Shown: positions 26,691 through 41,994, numbered from the stretch's first letter. The stretch is 64,000 nucleotides of DNA from Eledone cirrhosa (GCA_964016885.1 OZ024756.1:26536001-26600000); one strand, 5' to 3'. Notes: generated from the sequence alone by a model not told the origin. A program made the numbers and translations.

Positions 26691-27852
26691 GGGCGGTGGA
26701 TTGGCAGTATCGATAGAGAGTCGGACACAATGCTTTGCAGCATAGAGTTACGTCCCTTTATGATCTGAGTTCAAATCCCGCTGAGGTTAACTTTGCCTTT
26801 CATCCTTACGGGGTCGATAAAATAAAGTACCAGTAATGCACTGGGTAATTGCTGGCCTTGTGCCTAATGTAGAAACAATTATTATTATTGTGGTTATTGT
26901 TATTGTTGTTATTGCAATGGCCATACTCGATAACGAGGGAGCAACCATCATATATCTATGTATGTGTGTGTATGTATGTATATATGTGTATATATATATG
27001 TATGTTTTTCTGGTTTTATTATTTTATGCAATAACAACCATACCTGCTCACACAAACACATAATTGTTTCTACTTTTTGGCACAAGGCCAGCAATTACCC
27101 AGTGCATTACTGGTACTTTATTTTATCGACCCCGTAAGGATGAAAGGCAAAGTTAACCTCGGCGGGATTTGAACTCAGAATGGCAAAGACCGTAACTCTA
27201 TGCGTCAAAGCATGGCGTCCGACCCTCTACCGATACTGCCAATCCATCGACAAACACATAATATTTACCTAATTGATGTTGTCTAGATTCCAATGAAAGA
27301 GTTTTGTTTCTATGTTAGAAACCAACTCTCTATTTGTGGAAATTTATAAAATAATTGTTTCTACTTTTGGCACAAGGCCAGCAATTACCCAATAAAGTAC
27401 CAGTAATGTACTGGATAATTGCTGGCCTTGTGCCAAAAGTAGAAACAATTATTTTATCATTATTATTTTTAGAGCGTTGGATAACATGCTTTGTAGCATA
27501 GAGTTACGCCCCTTTATGATCTGAGTTCAAATCCCGCTGAGGTTAACTTTGCCTTTCATCCTTACGGGGTCGATAAAATATAGTACCAGTCATGCACTGG
27601 GGTCGATTTAATCGCCTTTCCCCCCTCTCCCAAAATTACTGGCCTTGTGCCTATATAAGAAACCATGGTGGATTGGCAGTATCGGTAGAGGGTCGGACGC
27701 CATGCTTTAACGCATAGAGTTACGGCCCTTGCCATTCTGAGTTCAAATCTCGCCGAGGTCAACTTTGCCTTTCATTCTTACGGGATCGATAAAATAAAGT
27801 ACCAGTAATGCACTGGGTATTTGCTGGCCTTGTGCCAAAAGTAGAAACAATT
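26691..27852. mobile_element. Cluster of at least 4 SINEs and SINE tails in both orientations
   Basis: Same family as 19718. Confidence 0.8.
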
Positions 27853-27899
27853 ATAATAGTAAAGATTTAACATGGAAGGGAAAGTAGTTTCCCTCTGTC

Positions 27900-30800
27900 T
27901 TGGAAGGGGGGAAAGAAAGGAGAGAGGAAGGGAAGAAAGGAGGAAAGAAGGAAGACAGTGAGGAAGGCAGGGTGGAAAGGAGGAAGGGGGAAGAAAAGGC
28001 GAGAGGAAGGGAAGAAAGGAGGGAGGAAGGGAGGAAAGAAGGAAGACAGGGAGGAAGGAAGGAAGGAAAGGAGGAAGAAAAGGCGAGAGGAAGGGAAGAA
28101 AGGAGGGAGGAAGGGAGGAAAGAAGGAAGACAGGGAGGAAGGAAGGAAGGAAGGAAAGGAGGAAGGGGGAAGAAAAGGCGAGAGGAAGGGAAGAAGGGAG
28201 GGAGGAAGGGAGGAAAGAAGGAAGACAGGGAGGAAGGAAGGAAGGAAGGAAAGGAGGAAGGGGGAAGAAAAGGTGAGAGGAAGGGAAGAAAGAAGGGAGG
28301 AAGGGAGGAAAGAAGGAAGACAGGGAGGAAGGAAGGAAGGAAAGGAGGAAGGGGGAAGAAAAGGCGAGAGGAAGGGAAGAAAGAAGGGAGGAAGGGAGGA
28401 AAGAAGGAAGACAGGGAGGAAGGAAGGAAGGAAGGAAAGGAGGAAGGGGGAAGAAAAGGCGAGAGGAAGGGAAGAAAGGAGGGAGGAAGGGAGGAAAGAA
28501 GGAAGACAGGGAGGAAGGAAGGAAGGAAAGGAGGAAGGGGGAAGAAAAGGCGAGAGGAAGGGAAGAAAGAAGGGAGGAAGGGAGGAAAGAAGGAAGACAG
28601 GGAGGAAGGAAGGAAGGAAGGAAAGGAGGAAGGGGGAAGAAAAGGCGAGAGGAAGGGAAGAAGGGAGGGAGGAAGGGAGGAAAGAAGGAAGACAGGGAGG
28701 AAGGAAGGAAGGAAGGAAGGAAAGGAGGAAGGGGGAAGAAAAGGCGAGAGGAAGGGAAGAAAGGAGGGAGGAAGGGAGGAAAGAAGGAAGGCAGGGAGGA
28801 AGGAAGGAAGGAAGGAAAGGAGGAAGGGGGAAGAAAAGGCGAGAGGAAGGGAAGAAAGGAGGGAGGAAGGGAGGAAAGAAGGAAGACAGGGAGGAAGGGA
28901 GGAAGGGGGAAGAAAAGGCGAGAGGAAGGGAAGAAAGGAGGGAGGAAGGGAGGAAAGAAGGAAGACAGGGAGGAAGGAAGGAAGGAAGGAAAGGAGGAAG
29001 GGGGAAGAAAAGGCGAGAGGAAGGGAAGAAAGGAGGGAGGAAGGGAGGAAAGAAGGAAGACAGGGAGGAAGGAAGGAAGGAAAGGAGGAAGGGGGAAGAA
29101 AAGGTGAGAGGAAGGGAAGAAAGGAGGGAGGAAGGGAGGAAAGAAGGAAGACAGGGAGGAAGGAAGGAAGGAAAGGAGGAAGGGGGAAGAAAAGGCGAGA
29201 GGAAGGGAAGAAAGGAGGGAGGAAGGGAGGAAAGAAGGAAGGCAGGGAGGAAGGAAGGAAGGAAGGAAAGGAGGAAGGGGGAAGAAAAGGCGAGAGGAAG
29301 GGAAGAAGGGAGGGAGGAAGGGAGGAAAGAAGGAAGACAGGGAGGAAGGAAGGAAGGAAGGAAGGAAAGGAGGAAGGGAAGAAAGGAGGGAGGAAGGGAG
29401 GAAAGAAGGAAGACAGGGAGGAAGGAAGGAAGGAAAGGAGGAAGGGGGAAGAAAAGGCGAGAGGAAGGGAAGAAAGGAAGGAGGAAGGGAGGAAAGAAGG
29501 AAGGCAGGGAGGAAGGAAGGAAGGAAGGAAAGGAGGAAGGGGGAAGAAAAGGCGAGAGGAAGGGAAGAAAGGAGGGAGGAAGGGAGGAAAGAAGGAAGGC
29601 AGGGAGGAAGGAAGGAAGGAAGGAAAGGAGGAAGGGGGAAGAAAAGGCGAGAGGAAGGGAAGAAAGGAGGGAGGAAGGGAGGAAAGAAGGAAGGCAGGGA
29701 GGAAGGAAGGAAGGAAGGAAAGGAGGAAGGGGGAAGAAAAGGCGAGAGGAAGGGAAGAAAGGAGGGAGGAAGGGAGGAAAGAAGGAAGACAGGGAGGAAG
29801 GGAGGAAGGGGGAAGAAAAGGCGAGAGGAAGGGAAGAAAGGAGGGAGGAAGGGAGGAAAGAAGGAAGACAGGGAGGAAGGAAGGAAGGAAGGAAAGGAGG
29901 AAGGGGGAAGAAAAGGTGAGAGGAAGGGAAGAAAGGAGGGAGGAAGGGAGGAAAGAAGGAAGACAGGGAGGAAGGAAGGAAGGAAAGGAGGAAGGGGGAA
30001 GAAAAGGCGAGAGGAAGGGAAGAAAGGAGGGAGGAAGGGAGGAAAGAAGGAAGGCAGGGAGGAAGGAAGGAAGGAAGGAAAGGAGGAAGGGGGAAGAAAA
30101 GGCGAGAGGAAGGGAAGAAGGGAGGGAGGAAGGGAGGAAAGAAGGAAGACAGGGAGGAAGGAAGGAAGGAAGGAAGGAAAGGAGGAAGGGAAGAAAGGAG
30201 GGAGGAAGGGAGGAAAGAAGGAAGACAGGGAGGAAGGAAGGAAGGAAAGGAGGAAGGGGGAAGAAAAGGCGAGAGGAAGGGAAGAAAGGAGGGAGGAAGG
30301 GAGGAAAGAAGGAAGACAGGGAGGAAGGAAGGAAGGAAGGAAAGGAGGAAGGGGGAAGAAAAGGCGAGAGGAAGGGAAGAAAGGAGGGAGGAAGGGAGGA
30401 AAGAAGGAAGGCAGGGAGGAAGGAAGGAAGGAAGGAAAGGAGGAAGGGGGAAGAAAAGGCGAGAGGAAGGGAAGAAAGGAGGGAGGAAGGGAGGAAAGAA
30501 GGAAGACAGGGAGGAAGGGAGGAAGGGGGAAGAAAAGGCGAGAGGAAGGGAAGAAAGGAGGGAGGAAGGGAGGAAAGAAGGAAGGCAGGGAGGAAGGAAG
30601 GAAGGAAGGAAAGGAGGAAGGGGGAAGAAAAGGCGAGAGGAAGGGAAGAAGGGAGGGAGGAAGGGAGGAAAGAAGGAAGACAGGGAGGAAGGAAGGAAGG
30701 AAGGAAGGAAAGGAGGAAGGGGGAAGAAAAGGCGAGAGGAAGGGAAGAAAGGAGGGAGGAAGGGAGGAAAGAAGGAAGGCAGGGAGGAAGGAAGGAAGGA

Positions 30801-31455
30801 AGGAAAGGAGGAAGGGGGAAGAAAAGGCGAGAGGAAGGGAAGAAGGGAGGGAGGAAGGGAGGAAAGAAGGAAGACAGGGAGGAAGGAAGGAAGGAAGGAA
30901 AGGAGGAAGGGGGAAGAAAAGGCGAGAGGAAGGGAGGAAAGAAGGAAGGAAAAGAGGAAGGAAGGGAAGGAGGAAAGGAGCAAGGAAGGAAGGAAGGGAA
31001 GGAGGAAGGGAGCAAGGAAGGAAGGAAGGGAAGGAGGAAGGGAGCAAGGAAGGAAGGAAGGGAAGGAGGAAGGGAGCAAGGAAGGAAGGAAGGAAAGGAG
31101 AGGAGAGAGGAAGGGAGGAAAGGAGAGAGGAAGGGAAGCAGTCAGGAAGGAAGGAAGACAGGAAGGAAGGAGGAAAGAAAGAAGGAAAAGGAGAGAAGAA
31201 AGAAAGGAAGGAGGAAGGAGGAAGGAAGGAAGGAAGGAAGGGAAGGAGGAAAGGAGCAAGGAAGGAAGGAAGGCAAGGAGAGGAGAGAGGAAGGGAGGAA
31301 AGGAGAGAGGAAGGGAAGCAGTCAGGAAGGAAGGAAGACAGGAAGGAAGGAGGAAAGAAAGAAGGAAAAGGAGAGAAGAAAGAAAGGAAGGAGGAAGGAA
31401 GGAAGGAAGGAAGGAAGGAAGGAGGAAGTAAGAGAGGAAGGAAGTAAGGAAGTAA
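27900..31455. repeat. Purine-rich ~70-bp satellite, 3.5 kb
   Basis: Almost only G and A on the + strand. Confidence 0.95.
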
Positions 31456-31460
31456 CTTAC

Positions 31461-31526
31461 CATTAATATACAGTGGATAATGGATCCAATGAGCCGAATG
31501 CCTCGACTAAACCGAAGTTCAAGATA
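31461..31526 (-). CDS. SLC5 exon 2
   Basis: YLELRFSRGIRLIGSIIHCILM, 66 bp, TAG/GTAAG. Confidence 0.92.
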
Positions 31527-31689
31527 CTAGAAATAAAATAAGACATTATTGATATGGCTGTGTATGTGTGTGTGTATGTGTGTGTCGATGTATCTGTATG
31601 CGTATGGCTATCTATGTGTACGCGCGTGTGTGTGTGTGTGTGTGTGTGTTTGTGCATGCGTGTATGTATATGTGAGTGTCAGTCCGTGT

Positions 31690-32283
31690 GTGCGTGTGTA
31701 TGTCTATGAAAGTATGTATATGTGTATGTACATGTGAGTGTGTGTGCATGTGTGTGTATGTCTGAGTGTTTGTGTGTGTATGTGAGTGTGTGTATGTGAG
31801 TGTGTGTATGTGTATATAGTGTATATGTGTATGTACATGTGAGTGCGTGTGTGCATGTGTGTGTATGTCTGAGTGTTTGTGTGTATGTGTATGCGAGTGT
31901 GTGTATGTGTATATAGTGTATATATGTATGTACATGTGAGTGTATGTCTGAGTGTTTGTGTGTGTATGTGTATATAGTGTATATGTGTATGTACATGTGA
32001 GTGAGTGTGTGCATGTGTGTGTATGTCTGAGTGTTTGTGTGTATGTGTATGCGAGTGTGTGTATGTGTATGTACATGTGAGTGTGTGCATGTGTGTGTAT
32101 GTCTGAGTGTTTGTGTGTATGTGTATGCGAGTGTGTGTATGTGTATGTACATGTGAGTGTGTGCATGTGTGTGTATGTCTGAGTGTTTGTGTGTATGTGT
32201 ATGCGAGTGTGTGTATGTGTATGTACATGTGAGTGTGTGCATGTGTGTGTATGTCTGAGTGTTTGTGTGTATGTGTATGTGTA
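31690..32283. repeat. GT-rich ~62-bp minisatellite
   Basis: Recurrent GTATGTCTGAGTGTTTGTG. Confidence 0.8.
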
Positions 32284-32417
32284 TAAAGTTCTTATATAGA
32301 ACTATGCTGGAAGATTTAAATTTAAATAGGAACCCTTCAAAATGGATGGCTTTGTTGTGTAAAACCAGAGCTGGTTTAGGGGCAGGTTGATATCAAAAAG
32401 AGTTTAATATAACTTAC

Positions 32418-32783
32418 TTCATAAATACTTGTAATTTTGAGTCTGTAGAACAGTGGTACGTAGACATGAGCTGCTAAAAGTATGGCAACTAGATAGGAAA
32501 GACTCATCCACATATACATGGTGTTTACATTATATATCTCAGCCGGGGCTCCAAGTAACGTTATAGCTGACATGAAGCTCACCAATAGCGACATGGCTAC
32601 TGGAAATACCGACATGTTGCCACCAGCCAGCAGGTAGTTGTTTGTGCTGCTCTTATTCCTGTCCCAGATAGCATAGAAGACTCCGATGCCAGAGGATATG
32701 GCAAGGGTCAATCCAAACAGAACATAATCCAACAGACTGAATGACTGGACCCGATCTGCGTGCAAACTGTATGGTTGCTTCAT
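32418..32783 (-). CDS. SLC5 Na+:solute symporter (SMCT/SMVT/NIS-like), first coding exon
   Basis: MKQPYSLHADRVQSFSLLDYVLFGLTLAISSGIGVFYA...NYLLAGGNMSVFPVAMSLLVSFMSAITLLGAPAEIY...VPLFYRLKITSIYE; GTAAG donor; CAG acceptor at 32796-32798 implies an upstream exon. Confidence 0.93.
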
Positions 32784-32864
32784 TTCACAATTCTCCTGAA
32801 AAATAGATAAATAAATGACACCAGGTATTTTGTCCAACACCCCAATGATTCTAATACAATGATA

Positions 32865-33432
32865 ATAATTGTTTCTATTTTTGGCACACGGCCAGCAACT
32901 ACCCCAGTGCATTACTGGTACTTTATTTTATCGACGGTGTAAGGATGAAAGGCAAAGTTAACCGCGGTGGAATTTGAACCCAGAACGTAAAGGGCCAAAA
33001 CTCTATGCTGAAAAGCATGGTGTCCGACGCTCTACCGATTCTGCTAATCCACCACACTTAATAATTGTTTCTACTTTTGGAACAAGGCCAGCAATTACCC
33101 AGTGCATTACTGGTACTTCATTTTATCAACCCTGTAAGGATGAAAGGCAAAGTTAACCTCGGCGGGATTTGAACTCAGATCATAAAGGGAGGTAACTCTA
33201 TGCCTCAAAGCATGGCTCCCGACCCTCAACTGGTACTAATGATAATAATTGTTTCTACGTTTGGCACAAGGCCAGCAATTACCCAGTGCATTACTGGTAC
33301 TTTATTTTAAGGACCCCGTAAGGATGAGAGGCAAAGTTAACCTCGGCGGGATTTGAACTCAGAATGTCAAGGGCCGTAACTCTATGCGTCAAAGCATGGC
33401 GTCTGACCCTCTACCGATACTGCCAATCCAAT
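32865..33432 (-). mobile_element. Three tandem SINEs
   Basis: Same family as 19718. Confidence 0.8.
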
Positions 33433-34715
33433 AATGTTACATAGTCATACATTGGAGATAGAAACTTTTAGCCATAGATACTCAGCTAGTGAGAGGAAGA
33501 GGAGGAAGAGGATAGAGAACTGTGAGTACCTAACAACAACATTCCAGATGCTAAGCCTATAATCTTGGCCTTCCCTTGACCTAGGACTGCAGCCCCACCA
33601 AAGAGATAACTCATCATCCACAAATCTTTGCAGATACTGCAACATCAATGCATCACTGTCCTTTCTTTCATTGCTTGATCCTTCTTTCTTTCTCTCCTTT
33701 TTTCTTCTTACTTTTCTGTTCCCTCTAATGGTGTTTTGCTTTTATTTGACACTGTTCAATTATTTTTATATAATGTCAATGGCCTTTCATGGCATTCTGT
33801 GATTTCATATATTGAATAAATAAATTTGTTGTGTATTCTAAAGCTTCTGATTTAATACGTTATTCGTTTATGAAATGGTTATGGATTGTTTTTTTATAAA
33901 GAGTTCTTTATATGTCTCTCAGTAGCATTTAGGATTGTATTGAGAAATATCAAGTTTAACCCTTTAGATTTTAAATTGGCTGTATGAGGCCAGAATTCTT
34001 TCACCTCTTTCTGTTCAAACCGGTTGTAACTGGCCACTCATACTGCTGTTAAGGTTTTGTTCTCAAAATAAATAATATCAAAATCTCATAGATTCGATAT
34101 TATGTGAGATAATTATGTGAGATAAAGTCTTTACCATAAAAATACAATAGCAAATATAGAGTAATGTAAATGCTAAAGGGTTAAGAGGTTTTTTTTTTTT
34201 GTCGCTCAATAATATACAGGGTTTATACAGTGAAATATCAAATTTATATCAAATAATATACATGGGTTTATACAGTGAAATATAAAATTTATATCAAATA
34301 ATATACAGGGGTTTATACAGTGAAATATAAAATTTAAGGGTTCTTTTATAAGTTTCTTAGTAGTATTTAGTGTTTGTACTGTAAAAAATAAAAAGCTAAG
34401 AAATTACTGCGACCTTGCTGGGGAATTAAAACCATCAAGGCAGCTAAGGAATGTATCTAGGATCTAAATTGTAAAATGTATTACATAAACACTATATACC
34501 TACAAGTATTTCTGTAAAGACATAAATAGATTACTTGTGTTGTAGATAGACATAATAAAAACATTCCAGAAAGTTGTGATCATTGTTAACATTGTCACTT
34601 CATATCTTACATTACCCCACTGCTTGACTCTCTCTCTCTCTATATATATATTTATATTTATACATTTATATTTATATATTTATATTTATACATTTATATA
34701 TATATATATATATAT

Positions 34716-35250
<535 letters not shown>

Positions 35251-36226
35251 AGGTACATGGCTTAGTGGTTAGAGCATTGGCCTTGCAATCCGAAAGACCG
35301 GGTGCTGTGTTGTTTCCTTGAGCAAGACACTTTATTTCACATTGCTCCAGTTTACTCAGGGGTCCCTATCATTCCACTGCAAAGTGGACGTGGAGGTGCC
35401 ACGGCAAAAAAGCACCCAGCACTCACTGTAAATGAGGTTGGTGTTAGGAAGGGCATCCAGCTGTAGAAATCAAGCCAGAATCAGTTCCCGTCCCACCCTT
35501 GAAAGCAGGGAAAAGCGGACGTGAAATGATGATGATGATGATATAACGTTGAATTAAAAGTAGTACTGTGTGGTTACTAGGAAATATTATTAAAAAACAC
35601 GGGGGTGAAACAGAAAACTCGGAAGACACTAACACAAGGACAATTCCCACTCATCAGCTGTCTTCTATGGATCACTATAGTTTCAAATGCATTAAAGACA
35701 TGACTTTTCACCACACTGCATTAATAACAATTCTCGGATAGCTATTCATAGATTTGATATGTGAGATAATTATGTGAGGTAAAGCCTTTACCATAAAAAT
35801 ATAATAGTAAATTTAGAGTAATATAAATGCTAAAGGGTTAATGGGACAACTAAGAACACTCATCATTGACAGTGATGGAGATCCATTTGATTCCCCCTAT
35901 TTGGTAATGGTGAGTAGCGGGATTAGAATAGAAAGAATAGCAATGCCATAATGTACTCTTTTGAAATGCCTCTTTGGAGTAATCTGAAGAATTGCTAAGG
36001 GAATTCTTCCCCTTCCATTACATGAAAGTCAAAAATCTACTTTAACTGGGAGTTGAAAGATGAAGGAGACAAATATATATATAATATATAAATATATATA
36101 TATATAAAGGCTTATCAGCCCTGTTAGGTGGGGCTGGGGATGATGGTGGAGATGATAATGTTGGTATGTACAGAAGTGTACAGTCGACAGCTGATGATAG
36201 GAATGTCTCGTACAACAAGCTGTGTC

Positions 36227-36258
<32 letters not shown>

Positions 36259-36289
36259 ATATGTATGTGTGTGTATATATATATATGAA

Positions 36290-36358
<69 letters not shown>

Positions 36359-36383
36359 ATATGTATATATGTGTGTATATGTA

Positions 36384-36428
<45 letters not shown>

Positions 36429-36477
36429 ATTTATGTATGCATATATATATATGTATATATATATACATATATATATG

Positions 36478-36511
<34 letters not shown>

Positions 36512-36617
36512 CATATATATGTATGCATATATATATAGATATATACATACATACATACATATACATATATATTTATATTACTGTGCCATTTGTTTTGTTG
36601 TTTCTGTTTACCTTTTT

Positions 36618-36651
<34 letters not shown>

Positions 36652-37861
36652 CACACACATATACACATATATGTATAGAACTGTTATATTGATATTGAGT
36701 AGATGAAACACTGTGTAAGAAGTAAATTTTGTTTTTGAATGTATTGCCTTGTGGGGAGACCCAAGATGACCTGGGATGAGGTGATAAAAGCCGACCTTAC
36801 CCAATTACACCTCTCAAAGGCGATGACACACGACCGTGACCTCTGGCGTCACGCAGTAATACAGAGTACCCGACCTCCCATGGGTACAAGCTGAAGCATA
36901 TAGACAATATGCCCCCACACCCTCCCACTGCAAGGTGGTCGTGGAGGTGCCACGGCAAAGAAGCACCCAGCCCACACTGTAAAGTGGACGTGTAGGCGCC
37001 ACGGAAAAAAGCCCCCAGCACTCACTGTAAATGAGGTTGGTGTTAGGAAAGGGCATCCAGCTGTAGAAATCAAGCCAAAATCAGTTCCTGTATGAGCAAG
37101 GCATGGTCAGCCGACCAGACACTGCCCACAACAGGACAACCCGTCTAACCCATGCTAGCGTGGAAGAACGGACGTAAAACGGTGATGATGGTGATGATGA
37201 TGATGATGATGATATATATATATATTGGTATTTCATCGCTTTAAAAATCATATACCTCTGGTTGGTGCGAGCAATAACTAAATAAAGTTATTGGGACAAG
37301 TAAAATAGCGTGAAGTGAGCGAGACATGTAAACAAACAACGATGGTATTGCAACGGAAAGATAGGAAGAGACAACTACATGATATCTACAAGCTTAAGCT
37401 TGGTGAAATCATGGACGAGAGATACAGACCATCTGACCTGGGTGAGATGTGAGAGAGAAAAGGATTTCACACAGGTCAAACGGGAGGAAGTGAGAGAGGG
37501 GGGGAGGGGGGCAGAGAGTGAGTGAGTGAAGTGTGAGGAAGAGGCCAGCTGAGAGAGAGAGTGTGACTGGCAGAGGGGGTAAAAAGAAGGTGAGAGATAT
37601 AGAGAGAGGGGGGAAGCAGTAAGAAAGAAACAGACAGGTCGCAGCTGAGGAAAAAATATAAATATAAGAAAAATGGAGTGCTGCGTGGTTGCACATGGGG
37701 TGACATGGCTTGTTGGTCATGTGACACAAACACTTTCGAGGAAATTCAACATCACGCTCACTCTCTGACAGCCCAGACTTCACTGACGAGGCTTCATTCA
37801 ACTTGGGGCTATGGCCAAGATGGCTTTAGTGTGCAGTGACATCGAACTCTGGACCTTATGA

Positions 37862-39628
37862 TCGCTATGCCCACACACCCACATTATTGCTGTGCCCACA
37901 CACCCACATTATTGCTATGCCCACACACCCACATTATTGCTGTGCCCACACACCCGCACAATTGCTAAGCCCACACACCCACATTATTGCTGTGCCCACA
38001 CACCCACATTATTGCTATGCCCACACACCCACATTATTGCTATGCCCACACACCCACACAATTGTTATGCCCACACATCCACCCGATTACTGTGCCCACA
38101 CACCCACATTATTGCTATGCCCACACACCCACATTATTGCTATGCCCACACACCCACATTATTGCTATGCCCACACACCCACATTATTGCTGTGCCCACA
38201 CACCCACACAATTGCTATGCCCACACACCCACATTATTGCTGTGCCCACACACCCACACAATTGCTATGCCCACACACCCACATTATTGCTATGCCCACA
38301 CACCCACATTATTGCTATGCCCACACACCCACATTATTGCTATGCCCACACACCCACATTATTGCTATGCCCACACACCCATATTATTGCTGTGCCCACA
38401 CACCCACACAATTGCTATGCCCACACACCCACATTATTGCTATGCCCACACGCCCACACAATTGCTATGCCCACACACCCACATTATTGCTATGCCCACA
38501 CACCCACATTATTGCTGTGCCCACACACCCACATTATTGCTATGCCCACACACCCACACAATTGCTATGCCCACACACCCACACAATTGCTATGCCCACA
38601 CACCCACATTATTGCTGTGCCCACACACCCACATTATTGCTATGCCCACACACCCACACAATTGCTATGCCCACACACCCACATTATTGCTATGCCCACA
38701 CGCCCACACAATTGCTATGCCCACACACCCACATTATTGCTATGCCCACACACCCACATTATTGCTGTGCCCACACACCCACACAATTGCTATGCCCACA
38801 CACCCACACAATTGCTATGCCCACACACCCACATTATTGCTATGCCCACACACCCACATTATTGCTATGCCCACACAATTGCTATGCCCACACACCCGCA
38901 TGATTGCTATGCCCACACACCCACATTATTGCTGTGCCCACACACCCACATGATTGCTATGCCCACACGCCCACACAATTGCTATGCCCACACACCCACA
39001 TTATTGCTATGCCCACACACCCACACAATTGCTATGCCCACACACCCACATTATTGCTGTGCCCACACACCCACACAATTGCTATGCCCACACACCCACA
39101 CAATTGCTATGCCCACACACCCACATGATTGCTATTCCCACACACCCACATGATTGCTGTGCCCACACACCCACATTATTGCTGTGCCCACACACCCACA
39201 TTATTGCTATGCCCACACACCCACATGATTGCTATGCCCACACACCCACACGATTGCTATGCCCACACACCCACATTATTGCTGTGCCCACACACCCACA
39301 TGATTGCTGTGCCCACACACCCACATGATTGCTATGCCCACACACCCACATGATTGCTATGCCCACACACCCACATGATTGCTATGCCCACACACCCACA
39401 TGATTGCTATGCCCACACACCCACATTATTGCTATGCCCACACACCCACACACCCACATGATTGCTGTGCCCACACACCCACATGATTGCTATTCCCACA
39501 CAATTGCTATGCCCACACACCCACATGATTGCTATGCCCACACACCCACATGATTGCTATGCCCACACACCCACATGATTGCTATTCCCACACACCCACA
39601 TGATTGCTGTGCCCACACACCCACATGA
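37862..39628. repeat. 25-bp minisatellite, ~70 units
   Basis: ATTGCTRTGCCCACACACCCACA(TT/CA/TG). Confidence 0.95.
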
Positions 39629-39982
39629 TATACACTATGCTATATACATTATACATTAGGTGGTGAATTGGCAGAGTTGTTAGAATGTTGGATAGAATAC
39701 TTTAAGGTATTCATTCTTGGTCTCTGCTCTCCGAGTTCAAATCCCGCCGAGATCAACTTTGCCTTTCATTCTTTCAAGGTTGATAAAACAAGTACCAGTC
39801 TAGTACTGGGGTAGATCCTTCTTCTATATCTCTTTCTCTGGAAGAAATATACAGTACTCAGGCCGGGAGAGGAATGGGCTCCACCAGGCTTAAAATACCA
39901 GAAGAAACACTGTAAGTCAATATGATGCCCCTAGGAGTCTATGAGGAGTTACGGAACCTTATATACACTAGTATATACATTA

Positions 39983-40658
39983 CTAGCTGAGGTACCCGGC
40001 TTCACCCGGGAGAACAGTTAAGAGAAGACGGATAAAAGAGAAAATGACTGTATTGGATGTGCTATCTGGTATGAGGTGAGACCGTAATGTGTGTGAGTGT
40101 GTGTGAGAGAGACATAAAAAAAAAACAATCATAAAACTTCCTTATTAGGCTGGGGGAGTAAACTGCCAATTAAATGATAGCATTGGCCTTGGATTTTAAA
40201 TGTTGTGAAATAACCATAGTCAGTATGTTCTTTTTCACCTCCAAAGGACGTCACCTGAAACACAGCAATATACTGCATAACGTTGCTTCTGAAGTGTTTA
40301 GCTTTGTTAGTACAGTCTGTAAGTAGTATATGGATAAAAGCTGGAGAGTAGATTAATTTCAAATAGTATCAATTTTTCTTTGTTCTGTAAATTCAAAGAC
40401 TGTAAAACGACTTTATAAAAGCTAATGTAATATTGTTGTTAAACCTTCAATTGATACTTTGATCTATAGTTTAAGCCGTTTCTAGACTTTCGTGGGACGT
40501 TACTCTCTCTCTGTATAACGGCATATCTCTCTCTTTGTTTCTCCTTCTGTGTGTCTCACCCTCTCTCTCTTTAGATGTGTGCGTATGTATTTGTGTGTGA
40601 TTAGTTTTCCTGTGATTCAGCAAACCAATAAACATCTCTCTTTTATATTATATATAGA
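39983..40658 (-). mobile_element. Non-autonomous Helitron with RepHel remnant
   Basis: A|TC 5' end; CCCGG-GTGAAG-CCGGG hairpin then CTAG|T 3' end; internal KHFRSNVMQY..FQVTSFG..TFKIQGQCYHLIGSLLP. Confidence 0.88.
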
Positions 40659-41119
40659 TGATATACACTAGTATATATACACAGTTCTCTGGGGTAAGTG
40701 GAAGGGGAGGAGTTGTCCTGTAAGTTGTAAACATAATGTTACTTCACATGGCATTTCCTATGACGTTACTTCACATGGCATTAAAACGTTACATCAAAAG
40801 ACGTTAAAACGTACATTACGCATTAGTGGAGTATAATCTGGACAGGTTTTAGTAACAAATAGTAAAGTACCTATTATACACATATGCACACAAATACGTA
40901 CATCCACATATAGTGTGTGTGTGTGTGATGTTAAATAATGAAAAAATAAGAAAAACAGCGTGAAATAGTTAATTAGTCTATTGTTTTACGATCGTTTCAG
41001 AAAACAAAAATTATCGATATCCAACCAATCTATGGTAGTTATGTCAGCCACGAAAAAGTACACTTGCTATGCTGTTTGTCATCAGAAACACACGCACACA
41101 AATATGTACACACACAGAT

Positions 41120-41157
<38 letters not shown>

Positions 41158-41340
41158 GGAGTAAGTAAGACCCCGACGGCTGAGCTCAAGCCGTTTCGAC
41201 GGCTAATTCTGTACTCCGTCGAAACGGCTTGAGCTCAGCCGTCGGGGTCTTACTTACTCCTATTACCCACTCTACTACCCCAAGTATTGAGTACTTTGGT
41301 GCGTTATGGTCCACCTGGTTCCTTACCACTTTTCCCTCGC

Positions 41341-41382
<42 letters not shown>

Positions 41383-41522
41383 CATACATATATATATATG
41401 CACACGCACGCACACAGACAGAAAGAGACGCAAATATATACACACACACACATATATATATATATATTCGCATCTAGCTGTCGAAACGGTCGAAACTCAG
41501 CTGTCTGGGTCCTGACTCGTTT

Positions 41523-41596
<74 letters not shown>

Positions 41597-41957
41597 TAAA
41601 CGGAATAGAAAATGCTGACAAATTGTTCACAGTTGAAAAATGGTTTAATTAGGAATAAAAGAGTATTAGTGATTGTATGGGTTAGTATTCAGTTGTGGTT
41701 TTAAGTTTTTAAGTTTTTACCGGTTGCGCATTTCTAAATGCTTTTCAAAAATAATTTTGAGATAGAGTGTCCGTGTTGTTTGCTCTGATCTGTATATATA
41801 TATATATATATATATACTCATAATTGGGTGTGACGTTTTACGCGTCAGTGTTCTTTGTGTTTTTATGGAACTTACATGTTTAGTAATAGTACCATATTCC
41901 AATATAAAAAAAGTGGTCTATGCATCTAGATGCATATTGAATTACTCCAACACACGG

Positions 41958-41994
<37 letters not shown>

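Noticed and set aside
27778-31466. ORFs over 1000 aa in several frames
   Set aside because: Purine satellite lacks stop codons by composition
37836-39353. His/Cys/Pro-rich ORFs
   Set aside because: 25-bp minisatellite translating similarly in all frames
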